45,722 nucleotides of DNA from a virus. Where the stretch lies: IMG/VR virus record IMGVR_UViG_3300045988_128735. One strand, given 5' to 3'. Both the position numbers and the translations under genes were made by a program. Positions 8,803 through 18,400 of the stretch are shown here, piece by piece (the stretch's first letter is position 1; each line of letters begins with the position of its first letter). Under the pieces are notes generated by a model. It did no database searches. It was given only the letters and a program-made list of their open reading frames with translations, and was not told the DNA's origin.

Positions 8803-10201
8803 TTTTTATTTGCTTTTTAATTTTCTGAATAGGTCTGAATTGCTTTCGTAGCACAATCTTTTTGAAATGCCCCTCGACATAGATGAATTTATACCACCCT
8901 CTATCGAACAACGAAATCAGCTTCTTGCGCTTGTTGTATGTGTTATAATGAATCATCAAGCCGAGATAACTGTTAATAGTGGCCACGAACCTCTCTGCCC
9001 ACTGTTCGCCCTCGCCCGCTTGCAGTTTGCTGTTGTAAAAGTGTATGCGTCGATAAGCAGCACCGAGTGTACGTTTAGAAATGTATATACGGTTAGGCTT
9101 AATCATTGCACCGACATAGAGCACACCATGCTGATAAGGCTGTATGTAAATCTTTTTGGGATGAAGATTGATGTGTAACACATCTTTACAGAATACCTTT
9201 ATTTTAGACACCATAGCACGTGCATGCTCGAACCCCTTGGAGTCAAGAATGACGAAATCGTCCATGAACATCTCAAGCTCTTCAACTTTGAGTTCGTTAA
9301 GAAGATAATCAACAAGCACAGACATGTAGAAATTGGCTGAAAGCTGTGAAGGCAGCTTGCCTATAGCTATACCTATGCGAGGATCATTGCCCATTAACGA
9401 TTTGTCCGGAGGCAAATCGTCCCAAGCAGACCTTGGAGACCTACGAATGAAATGATGTTGCGGAGCGTCATAAATGGTCTTACGAAGCAGATAGAGAAGC
9501 AGGTCTTTGTCCGGTTTATGATAGTCAGCCATGATAAGGTCCTCATACATCCACCATAAAATATCTTTATCAATAGACATAAAGAACCCCTTGATATCAA
9601 GCCGTATAACAATAACATCTTTAGTATACCCCTCGGTAATGCTGTAGATTTTAGAAGCGAGAGACTTCACTGCCGTAAGGCAACCAAAACCCTTACGACA
9701 ATTTTTTGAAACGTTATATTGTCGTTTAAACCTTGCTTCAAGCAATGGATCTATGCGCTCTGCTATCCAGTGATGAACGATACGGTCACGGTATTGGGCG
9801 CCAAAAACCTCACGTTTGACGGGGTAAGGTACAATAAAAACGTCTGAAGGCGACGGCTCATAACTTAATGTTACAGCGTCGCGCCACAGACGGACAATAT
9901 TGTCGGAAGCATCTAAGGAGAATTCGATGCAATCAGCAGATGACCGTTTGTTCTTGTCGCAGGACTCTGCGGCATCGAAAAACGAAGTCGGAGTGTTGTA
10001 GACATAATCTTGATATGCAGCCACCGGGCGGACGAAGCCCGCGTTTGTCTTGTTGTTGTTGTTGCCGTTGCCGTTGTTGAGGTTCACGTTCCAAGCGTTA
10101 CCAGCATCCCACTCACTCGCTGTCGCTACTATGTAATTCTTTTCTCCCTCAAGCGAAGAAGAAGAGAGCGACCCATATAAAGAAAAATATTGCTCACTCA
10201 T
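8627..10201 (-). CDS. DGR reverse transcriptase (the ORF includes the TR at its 5' end)
   Basis: RT motifs are present: 'QYRDRIVHHW', 'RLDIKGFFMSIDKD', the DGR-type 'IGKLPSQLSANFYM' (IGxxxSQ) and 'FMDDFVILD' (YxDD-type catalytic box). It sits immediately downstream of avd and the TR. The functional RT domain seems to end near 8830. Confidence 0.93.
   Translation of the reverse strand: MSEQYFSLYGSLSSSSLEGEKNYIVATASEWDAGNAWNVNLNNGNGNNNNKTNAGFVRPVAAYQDYVYNTPTSFFDAAESCDKNKRSSADCIEFSLDASDNIVRLWRDAVTLSYEPSPSDVFIVPYPVKREVFGAQYRDRIVHHWIAERIDPLLEARFKRQYNVSKNCRKGFGCLTAVKSLASKIYSITEGYTKDVIVIRLDIKGFFMSIDKDILWWMYEDLIMADYHKPDKDLLLYLLRKTIYDAPQHHFIRRSPRSAWDDLPPDKSLMGNDPRIGIAIGKLPSQLSANFYMSVLVDYLLNELKVEELEMFMDDFVILDSKGFEHARAMVSKIKVFCKDVLHINLHPKKIYIQPYQHGVLYVGAMIKPNRIYISKRTLGAAYRRIHFYNSKLQAGEGEQWAERFVATINSYLGLMIHYNTYNKRKKLISLFDRGWYKFIYVEGHFKKIVLRKQFRPIQKIKKQIKNGNHKQFFMPELELEVGSDTATSKRGLAVIYPDGAHHRRHIRNRGEIPPRGILPPPDA
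10013..10115 (-). repeat. DGR template repeat (TR), 103 bp
   Basis: It aligns without gaps to 10846..10948. All 12 mismatches are T in this copy on the plus strand, which is A on the coding strand. It encodes 11 AAC codons ('NAWNVNLNNGNGNNNNKTN'). Confidence 0.95.
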
Positions 10202-10232
10202 AATGCCCTGATGTTGAGAATTATGACTCTGG

Positions 10233-10691
10233 CTACTGTGCAGTCTTCTTCCATGCAGTAGCTTGTCTACCGATACTCTCGGTAAGAACAGCCATCTGCG
10301 CTGCTGTGGAATTGGTTATCTGCTCCAGCTCTTTACATACTCCGATCAGCATCTTGACAGTGCCGAACTCTACGATAAACTCCTCGAGATATTGTCTACG
10401 GCTTGTACGACGATTGCGCCACTCATCAATAAACATACAAGCCAGACGAATCAAGCCATTAGCAGACTTGTTTGTCTCACCGTTGAACTGAGGCAAATAG
10501 TCTGGTGCCGGTATAGCTGTGTTGGCTTTCTGTATAAGCTCAAGACAGCGAAGTGCAGACTCGAAAAGGTGGCTCCCGAGATCATATCTGTATTCTCGGG
10601 AAAACTGCTTGCGAGCGCGGACTATCATCAGCAGCAACTCGTAAGTCTGTTTGTAAATTGGGAGTGTTTGTGCAAGTCGTTGATTAGCCAT
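10233..10691 (-). CDS. avd: Accessory variability determinant (Avd-like four-helix-bundle protein)
   Basis: 152-aa helical protein between the VR gene and the TR/RT, which is the canonical Avd position. The N-terminal pattern 'LPIYKQTYELLLMIVRARKQFSREYRYDLGSHL...LIQKAN' resembles Avd / 23S-IVS-type four-helix proteins. Confidence 0.8.
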   Translation of the reverse strand: MANQRLAQTLPIYKQTYELLLMIVRARKQFSREYRYDLGSHLFESALRCLELIQKANTAIPAPDYLPQFNGETNKSANGLIRLACMFIDEWRNRRTSRRQYLEEFIVEFGTVKMLIGVCKELEQITNSTAAQMAVLTESIGRQATAWKKTAQ

Positions 10692-10713
10692 AACATAATT
10701 AACTAAAAATTAA

Positions 10714-10721
10714 CAAATTTA
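10714..10721 (-). promoter_or_regulatory. Candidate -7 box (TAAATTTG) for the avd-TR-RT transcript
   Basis: Plus-strand 'caaattta', 23 nt upstream of the avd ATG (10691) and just downstream of the terminator of the VR gene. Confidence 0.5.
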
Positions 10722-10757
10722 TTGTACCCCTGTTTATTAATTTTTATTAATAAAAAA

Positions 10758-10772
10758 AGCCGCTTCGCGGCT
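10758..10772 (-). terminator. Hairpin plus T-run downstream of the VR gene
   Basis: The minus strand reads 'AGCCGC GAA GCGGCT' followed by TTTTTTT (plus-strand A-run at 10752-10758). It lies about 74 nt beyond the end of the VR. Confidence 0.75.
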
Positions 10773-10842
10773 GATTAGACATGCAGCCACAAAGCAGATT
10801 GATATAACTATCTGACAGTTAAAGAGTTAAAGGGTTAAAGAG

Positions 10843-11640
10843 CTAATATGCAGCCACCGGGCGGACGAAGCCCGCGCCTGTCTTGCCGTTGGTGCCGCCG
10901 TGGCCGTTGTAGAGGTTCACGCCCCAAGCGGTACCAGCATCCCACTCAGTACTACTCCAATACCAATCAAGTGTTAAAGAATATGAAGAACCGAGATTAT
11001 TTGTTAAAAACTTTCTTATCTCTTCACGGTATTTATATAGCAAGCGCAACTGGCCGTAGGCTGGAAGCGACCATTTGGTCGGGTCGTCGATAGCCGTGCT
11101 GTCAGCAGCCTTAGTGAAAGCCTTATAAGACCGCGCAACGGTAGCGGCAGGAAAGCTGGCCCCTTGCTCCTTGGCACATGCAAGAATAAGGTCGGTATTA
11201 GCCTCGCCGTCAACATCTTCGAACACCCCCTCGTTTTTGTTACTAAAATCTTTAAGACCGGGCACATTGATGTTCGTAGGACCCCACACAAAACGAATGG
11301 TAGAGTCTGATGTGGCGTTTTGAAGCGATAACACGAAAGCCATGCGCTCAGCACGTATGGCCACGCCGAACGGAACAAACTTTGACCTCTCGTTCACGGT
11401 CATCGTCTGCCATTGGTTTTCAGAGAAATAAGACCTTTGCGGCGACGGGTCTCTGAGCGAGGTCTTGAGATATGTAGCCACTTGCAGGTCGCGCAGACCA
11501 CCGGCCCACCTCATATGATTAACGATGTCAGACCACGTAGCATTGTCAGCGATGTCTGTAAAGCCGACATCGCGTAGAGCTTTAATCTGGTCTTGTTTGT
11601 TAAGACCGAGAATAATCGAACTGTTATTTGCATTATCCAT
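10843..11640 (-). CDS. DGR target protein (265 aa), C-type-lectin-like / DUF1566-like C-terminus; probable receptor-binding tail protein
   Basis: It carries the VR at its C-terminus. The 'W..S.EWDAG.AW.V......G......GFVRPV' ending is typical of DGR-diversified CLec / DUF1566-like folds. It lies two genes downstream of the giant fibre gene. Confidence 0.9.
   Translation of the reverse strand: MDNANNSSIILGLNKQDQIKALRDVGFTDIADNATWSDIVNHMRWAGGLRDLQVATYLKTSLRDPSPQRSYFSENQWQTMTVNERSKFVPFGVAIRAERMAFVLSLQNATSDSTIRFVWGPTNINVPGLKDFSNKNEGVFEDVDGEANTDLILACAKEQGASFPAATVARSYKAFTKAADSTAIDDPTKWSLPAYGQLRLLYKYREEIRKFLTNNLGSSYSLTLDWYWSSTEWDAGTAWGVNLYNGHGGTNGKTGAGFVRPVAAY
10846..10948 (-). repeat. DGR variable repeat (VR), 103 bp, at the 3' end of the target gene
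   Basis: The cognate of the TR. It ends at the last sense codon before the TAG stop (10843-10845). The encoded segment 'EWDAGTAWGVNLYNGHGGTNGKTGAGFVRPVAAY' differs from the TR-encoded 'EWDAGNAWNVNLNNGNGNNNNKTNAGFVRPVAAY' only at Asn positions. Confidence 0.95.
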
Positions 11641-11642
11641 AA

Positions 11643-12437
11643 TTACTCTTCAGAAATAGGTATCACCATATACTTGTCTGTCTTGTTTGTACCGTAGACA
11701 TTACCGCTAAGCACCGATACACGGTAAGCCACACTGCCGTTGGTTTGCACGCAGGTCCATATTGTGCCACCTGTCTTGTCAAGCGTAAAAGCCTGACCCC
11801 AAACCTGAGCAATGACCGTGTCAATAGCCTTGCGGTTGTGATAGATGACAAACGCCTGCGCAACGTCAGGCAGCATCCATGATGTCTGGTCATCTATAGC
11901 GACACCATTCACCATGACCCCGTCATCTTCGAGATACGCATGATAGTCATTTGCAGCTTCAGCTGCAGGGGCGCCGATGACGCCATCGGCGTTCTTGTCG
12001 GCATAATAGTCAAGTATAGCTCGGTTGAATCGAGCAACATCCTGATGCGACCAGGCACCGGCACGACCGTCAAAAGACGCAAGGTCACTGACAGTAGTCC
12101 GTGACCCCCATGTCTTATCTGCGTAATACTGCAGAGACATGACGAACGAAAGTCCGTCTGCCCTGATGCGAACGCCACGCCGTGCGAACTCCTCAGACCG
12201 CCCGGCATTGTCAATGGTCTGCCACTCCTCGACAGTGAAGTAGAATTTCTTGCCGTCACGTTTGCGGTCAGCAGCCACACGAATGTCGAGCAGCCCTGCA
12301 GCCCAACGAATGCGCTCTGCAAAGAGCGAGGCGCGTGAAGACTCGGTAATATCGGCAAAACCCAAGTCTTGAAGAGCCTTAACCTGCTCGCGTTTAGCGA
12401 GCAGGAGGCCAGTAATGTTTTGTTGATTGCTTGCCAT
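11643..12437 (-). CDS. Non-diversified paralog of the DGR target (264 aa)
   Basis: Shared blocks with 10843..11640: 'KALxDxGFxDI', 'RWAxGL', 'EWQT', 'FVxSLQ' and 'AIDDxTxWxLP', plus a similar C-terminal 'GxNKT...xVxPx'. I chose the ATG at 12437 (MASNQQ...); the ORF-track start at 12515 would overlap the fibre gene. Confidence 0.8.
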   Translation of the reverse strand: MASNQQNITGLLLAKREQVKALQDLGFADITESSRASLFAERIRWAAGLLDIRVAADRKRDGKKFYFTVEEWQTIDNAGRSEEFARRGVRIRADGLSFVMSLQYYADKTWGSRTTVSDLASFDGRAGAWSHQDVARFNRAILDYYADKNADGVIGAPAAEAANDYHAYLEDDGVMVNGVAIDDQTSWMLPDVAQAFVIYHNRKAIDTVIAQVWGQAFTLDKTGGTIWTCVQTNGSVAYRVSVLSGNVYGTNKTDKYMVIPISEE

Positions 12438-12441
12438 TTTG

Positions 12442-15400
12442 TTATTTGTCAATAATTTTAAGAATATCATCATCGGCTTCAGCCAGACGGTTGTAGTAGT
12501 CATCATAAGTCTCACCGTTGTACTGCTTCAGGTAGTCGTTGATATTGTCAAGACTGACATCTTCAACTTCTGCCTCGCCGGAGTATTGTTCGCCGAGGAA
12601 ATCAATAACAGCATTAATATAAGCCATGATAGACATAACTATCGTAAGACCCTCGATGTGCTGAGTGAGGTCGTCTATGTACGACTGCTCTCGCACACGA
12701 GTAAGCTGATAGTCACTCTCGACAACCGGTTTGTCTTGCAACTTGCCGTCTTCGGTAATGCCGCGCACGCCAAGAGTCAGTAACAAGGCAAGCAGCGAAC
12801 CGTCACCAGAAAGCGTCTGAATCACTCGGATGGCAGTAAGCTGACGGTTGCCCGTCTGAGCGTCAACAACACGCTGTAGCATTGTCAACGGCTCTATCTC
12901 ATTGCAGTGCTCGATGCGCAGTGTCTGCACATTGGCGAGAGACGCAATCTGAAGGTTGCCGCCCGTCAGCGTGTAGCTTAGGTTCGGCAAGTTGATAAAC
13001 TTGACAGTCTTGAGCGTCGCCGGAAGCGTAAGCTCAGTGATTGGCGACGTCTCTGCAACCTCGACACTCTGCACACGACTGCCGTCAGCCTTGATGCTCG
13101 TAAGGCGAGGACACATGCTCGCGTCAACGGATGCGACGAGCGTGTTGCGCACGTCAAGCGACTGAAGGAAAGGCATGTTGCCGAGGTTGAGCGTGTCGAG
13201 AGTGCCATCGACAGTGTATGGGACGTAGTCAGCACCGCCGACAACAAGATGCTGCAGCAATTTACAGTACTGTATATCCCAGCCCTGCGACTTCGGCGTA
13301 GCAGCACTGATGTCGAGTGATGCGAGCGAAGCAGCACCGAAGACGTATAACATGGTGCCCGACTCGGAATAACTGCGCGGACTGTCATTGAAGAACGTAT
13401 AGCTCTTGCCCCTCTTGAGATAAGTAGAGTCTGCGGCGGTATCTGCGCGATCCTCGCCGATGCCGAAGAAACCGTCTTTAGCCGCCGTGATGCTCACAGT
13501 GATAGCTTTGCCCGACGCACGCATCTTCATCGGCTTGGTGTACAGGTCGCCCACCTGGTAGTAACCGTCGCGATAGGCGAAGCGAGTCTTGATATATTCT
13601 GGCATATCGTCGAGACGTAAGCCATGCAAGGCGAAGAAGTAGTTGGCGCTCGCCTTTGAGTGTTGAATATACTTGCGCTCGCCGTCAAACGACGAAATCA
13701 CCTTAGCCCACTTCAGGATGCGTTTTGTCATCCATATCTGATAAAGACCGTCATAAGAGAATACCTTCAGTCCCTGCTTGTCCACAGCCTTACGCATCTC
13801 ATCAGCCACATCATGCAGCGTCACGAAACGCGATTTGTCGGTGTAGCCACTCTTTTCGTCGCCCTCCTTGTAGTCGTCAAGCCAAATAACGGGGTTCTCA
13901 TTGAGACGTTGGAAGAACACGCTGTCCCAGCCCTGGTACAGTCTGCCCTCTTCACCCTCGCCGACAAGCAGCGGGTTGAGCAATGCCGAGATGGTCAGAC
14001 CGCAATCGTTGTCGGCACCCATTGTACAGTCACCGTCATACCAGTTGTTGAAGTCAGAACGTATCACGCCATCCTCACATAGCATGAAGGTCTGCATCAT
14101 GTTCTTCGAGCGCTGGTCTACAGCAGCAACATAATCTGTAAGTATATAATAGTAGAGAGCAGCCTTGACACGCCAGTACCGGTGCATCTCATGGGCAAAC
14201 TTCTTGGCGCGGTTAGCACGTGTGCCTGGCACCGTCTTGCCGTCAAGCGTTATGTTGCCGTCAGCCTCAGTAAGGTGCGGGTTGCACTGCTGCATCCACA
14301 TCAAATTCTCATAGAAGTAGTACGGCACCTTCTTGCCACTCTCGTACAAAGCGTTCAGATCGTCATCGTCAGGATAGCGACTTTCGAAATGCGACAGCCA
14401 AATCGGCTTGCCCGTAGCAGGGTCAAGACGCAGCATGTCGTCAACCGAGTTCACGCCCTGATACCAGTTAAGACCGTTGTACTTAAGATGCTCATAGCAC
14501 TGCGTCGGATTGAGCACCCTGCCCGTAACCTGCCAACGCTTTGTCGTCTTGTCGTAGGTCATAGAGCCGGTAGTCTCTCGCCACTTGCCACCCTCATATT
14601 TGGCATACTTGCCGTCAGCCGTCTTATACACCTCGCTCCAGTCATAGTCTGCCACGTCAGCCGATAGCAGCTCGGCAAGTGTCTGCTCGAGCACCAAAGC
14701 GTCAGCCACCTCGCTTGTCTCGACAAAGTGGCCGGTACCGTCGTTCTCAATGAAGGCAGTCTTCGGACCGCAGAACTCCGACAGCATGTATATCTCGCCC
14801 GCCTGCAGCTTAGACGTGTCGGCAAGCGTCTGCGCCTTAAACTCGCCGAAGTCCTGTCCGCGAGCAGCAACAAGTTCAGTAAAGTCACCATAATTCATGC
14901 AGCTCTTGTTGTAGCCGTCTACGCCCTCGAAGCCGAACACCTTGGCGTCGCCCTTGTCCTCGTTCAGGTTGGCCTTGACATGGAAGTAGGCGTAAGCCGG
15001 ATTGGTAGCGTCTGGCGAATACTTGTCGGTGCGGAAGAAGGCACACGGCACACTCGCTATCGACGGATTAATCTCAGCCTTGCCAGTGTAGGCATTCTGT
15101 GACGGCTGCATATACTCGGCACCGAGAGCACGGATCAGTCGGTTGTTCAGTTCGCATGACGCGCCATTGTTCGCGCCGGTGCAATCGGAATAATCAACCT
15201 TCACGGTGAGGATGTCTGTAGCGACACCATTCTCAACCACTTTGATTTTGCCCTTCTTGGCATTGGCAAGAGCCTCGTCGTACTTGGCGAGGTCAGCGCC
15301 GCTAAACTCCTCACGGCTGTGTAGCAGAGTGATTTTAGCAGTCTTCGTCTTACCCTTCTTGTTCTTGTCAGGGCGTAACGATGACGTCGTGCCCTGATTG

Positions 15401-18400
15401 GTAAAGACCATGCCCTCGATGAAGCAGTCCTGCCAAGGACGGTCAGGGAAGTAGAGATAGACGTCAAAGATGCGCTTTGTCTTCTTGTCGCCGTCGAGCG
15501 TGTCCAGATAACCAGGATATTGGTCTTCGGTGTCAGCCGTGTTCTTGTTCTTCACCATCACCATCACACAGAGACCAGCCTTCTTGCAAGCCTCTATGGT
15601 AGGACGGTCTTTGGTGGTGTTCTCGGCTGTCTGGCTCGCCATCACGTCGTTCGCCTCGTACTCCTTGACCATAGCGTCGGTATCCGGCATTGCAGCAAGG
15701 TAGTTGTTGAAGGCTTGGCGGAACTGATAGTAAGTGCGCCACGCCGTCAGCTGATATAGGTAGAGATCGGCCAGCGTGCCGTCGAAGCGTATGATATTGT
15801 CATTCATCGGCAGCGCGTTCTTGGAATAGGCGCAAGCAGCCCGCTCCTCGCCATCACCGAAAATCTTGACCACACCGATGCCTTGATACGGTGCGACCGC
15901 TGAAGGTTCTATGACGATATCCACACGTGTCACCTTCTCCGCTTTAAGCGGCATGGTGGCCGTATACATCGTAGATTGCTCGCCGTCGCACGTGAACACG
16001 ACCTTGTCGCCTGTAACGTAGAAACCAATCTGCCCGTCGCCAAGTGCGTCGATAAGTCGAGCCGTGGAGTCGGCGACATTGGCCGGTTTGATGGTAAACG
16101 AGAGAGCCATGCCGGTCGTTTCGGTCGAGGCGTTGCTCCACGGCTTGAAATCGCACTTTGCCGTAACATTCTCGGCTATACGCAGAGCCATGCGACCGAG
16201 CGGATTGCCGTTAGCGTCAGTCTGCCCGTAATCGTCAGAACCATAGTTGTCACGCACGAAACCGTTAGTGGTGTAGTTGGCGCCACTAACCTCAATGTTC
16301 ACCCCATTGTCAGAGATGGTCTTGTCAGAGTCGCTGTTAGAGCGCGATGACATATCAAGGTCAAAGATGGCACCTGCAGTAGTCTCGATAGGTATAATAG
16401 ACCCCGCAACTGTAATATCGTATGCCGCTGAGCGCACATCGCCCGACATAGCGTAGAACTTGAGCTGGCTACCGACAGACATACCAGACAGACGCTTGGT
16501 CACGGTATAAGTACGATCGCGAGACATCTGCTGCTGAGCTATAACGGTAGCAGCGTTTTCGCCCACCTGCATCATGACATCAACAGCCGTCTTGGTCTTA
16601 CCGGAAGTGTATGCAGCCACATCCACAGACACGGTCTGAAACAATTTTCTCGTCTGTGTGCCGTCATCAGACCAACGCATGACGACGAGAGGCGTGTCAT
16701 CAGCCTCGTTAACGACCATGATGCCGGAGTACAGCCAGTTGCCAGATACGCCCGAAGCCACGTCAACACCATGCAGACGCAACGGGTACGAGCCATGTGT
16801 CAGGCCAAGAGCTTTAGGGTCGAAGTTGACAGCATGAGTAAAAACGTCAGTAACCACAGTCTCGTCGATGGTGTGCCAAGCACCACTATAGTACATCTCA
16901 ACAGTTGCCTTAATACCCTTAGATGACGCATTGTTGGGGAATGAATAAAGAGGTACAGACACAGCAGCACCATTCACCTTCAGCACCGTCGACGAAGTAT
17001 AGTTGAGCGTCTGTTGCGACACAACAGTAGCATCAACACCCACAGCCGACACGTTCTTGTTGCCTGAGTGGTCGCCGTCATCGTAAGCCACGATACGGAA
17101 CGAGCGCGAGCCTGCAGTAGTTGCAAAATACTCGGATATATCAATTTTGAATTTGAAATCGTCAGTAAGATTAGCCGATGACTCAGTGTTGACATTAAGC
17201 GTCTGCAGAACAGCATTAGTTGAGCGGTCAACGAGGTCTACACGTGTTATGGAGTTGAGCGAGTCACCTGAAGGAGTAGAAGTCACCGACATAATAGCAG
17301 CTTCAATCGTCATCGTCGAACCTACAGCGCCATAGACCGTCGACTTCTTCAGCGCAATGCTGACGGTCGTAGCCTGGACCGCGCCGCCACCGCCCTTGAT
17401 GACAATCTGGCGCTGTTCGCCGATCTGGTCGCCGTCAGCATTGGTGAGCGCAAACTTGTAGACGCCACCATCCTCCTCGACAATATCGATGTCAGTCGGT
17501 GTGTTGGTGTATGCTCCCCCCGTGCTGTAAGGGTCTTTGCCGTCTTTGGCTGGAGCGTCAGACACGTTGATGTCCTCGCTTTTGCCGAACTCACGCCACA
17601 AAGTCGCACCCGTATCAGTCTTGGATGCATCAGCGACGTTATCGCCATGGAACTGGAACGACCTCGTCTTGTTAGCCTCGGAAAGAAAAGAGATAATAAG
17701 ACCACGCTTGATATAGTTGACAGACGTGCTCTGCTGATAACTGATGAGAGCTGCCACCGCACTGCTGAGCGTATAATAAACCACTTTGCCATTGCCATCG
17801 ATGAGATTGTTGATATTGATGTAGGTCTCAGAACCGGCAGCGAGAGAGCCGAAGTCTTGCCAGTTCACCGGGTCCTGCCAAGCACTGATGGTAAGCGAAG
17901 TGCCTATGTACTGATAGGTCTTCCAAATCTTCTTGGAAACCTGAATAGTGAGCAGCAAACCAAACGACACCTTGCCCGCACCCCACGCCACATCAACGGC
18001 AGACGCCTTTGCATTGTCGGGATCGTAGAGGGCATAAAAGCCGCTGATGGGGTAAGAGACGGTTGGGTTAAACACAGATGACGACGTACCGCCACCGCCC
18101 ACATCCTGCCATTTCTCAGTATCACGGAAGTCCGCCTCAGACGTAGAGTCGGAAGTATACTGCTTGATCTCCCAATGTGTAGAGTCTTTTCGATAGGTTA
18201 TCATCAGACCAGGAACAACAAGGTCTCGAATAGACGTTGTACTGTAAATGCGGTCAATGGCTGTTTCGAGCGTGTAGTTGCCGCCGACCAGTCTGCTAAC
18301 ATTGACGAAAGGAACCAGCCCGAGACGAGTCTGAACAGCATCTATGGGAGTACGCATGTCAGGCAGATAATCCTCAGGAACCATGCCGTTAATGTCAAGC

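Noticed and set aside
13-10842. Shared motif 'gacagttaa[ag]g[ag]gttaa' in the terminal repeat (13-30) and just downstream of the VR (10813-10835)
   Set aside because: Only about 9-12 nt are shared, and imperfectly. I cannot exclude chance in an A/T-rich spacer, and there is no third occurrence to support a motif.
9868-11093. Plus-strand ORFs 9868..10080 and 10848..11093, both beginning 'MQPPGGRSPRLSC...'
   Set aside because: They are reverse-strand read-throughs of the TR and the VR. Their shared N-terminus simply reflects the repeat. The Cys/Arg-rich translations are not protein-like, and both lie antisense to well-supported genes.
11643-11760. A possible second VR at the 3' end of the paralog gene
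   Set aside because: The protein-level similarity of the C-terminus is real. At nucleotide level, however, only short patches resemble the TR (for example 'gtctgtcttgtttgt' against 'gtttgtcttgttgtt'), and the GC-rich IMH-like end is absent. It is not a current DGR target.
12438-12515. Upstream extension of the paralog ORF (start at 12515, 'MRLMMTTTTVWLKPMMIFLKLLTNNK')
   Set aside because: It would overlap the last 74 nt of the fibre gene, and the sequence is not protein-like. The ATG at 12437, 4 nt after the fibre stop, fits the operon packing and gives a length nearly equal to that of the VR paralog.
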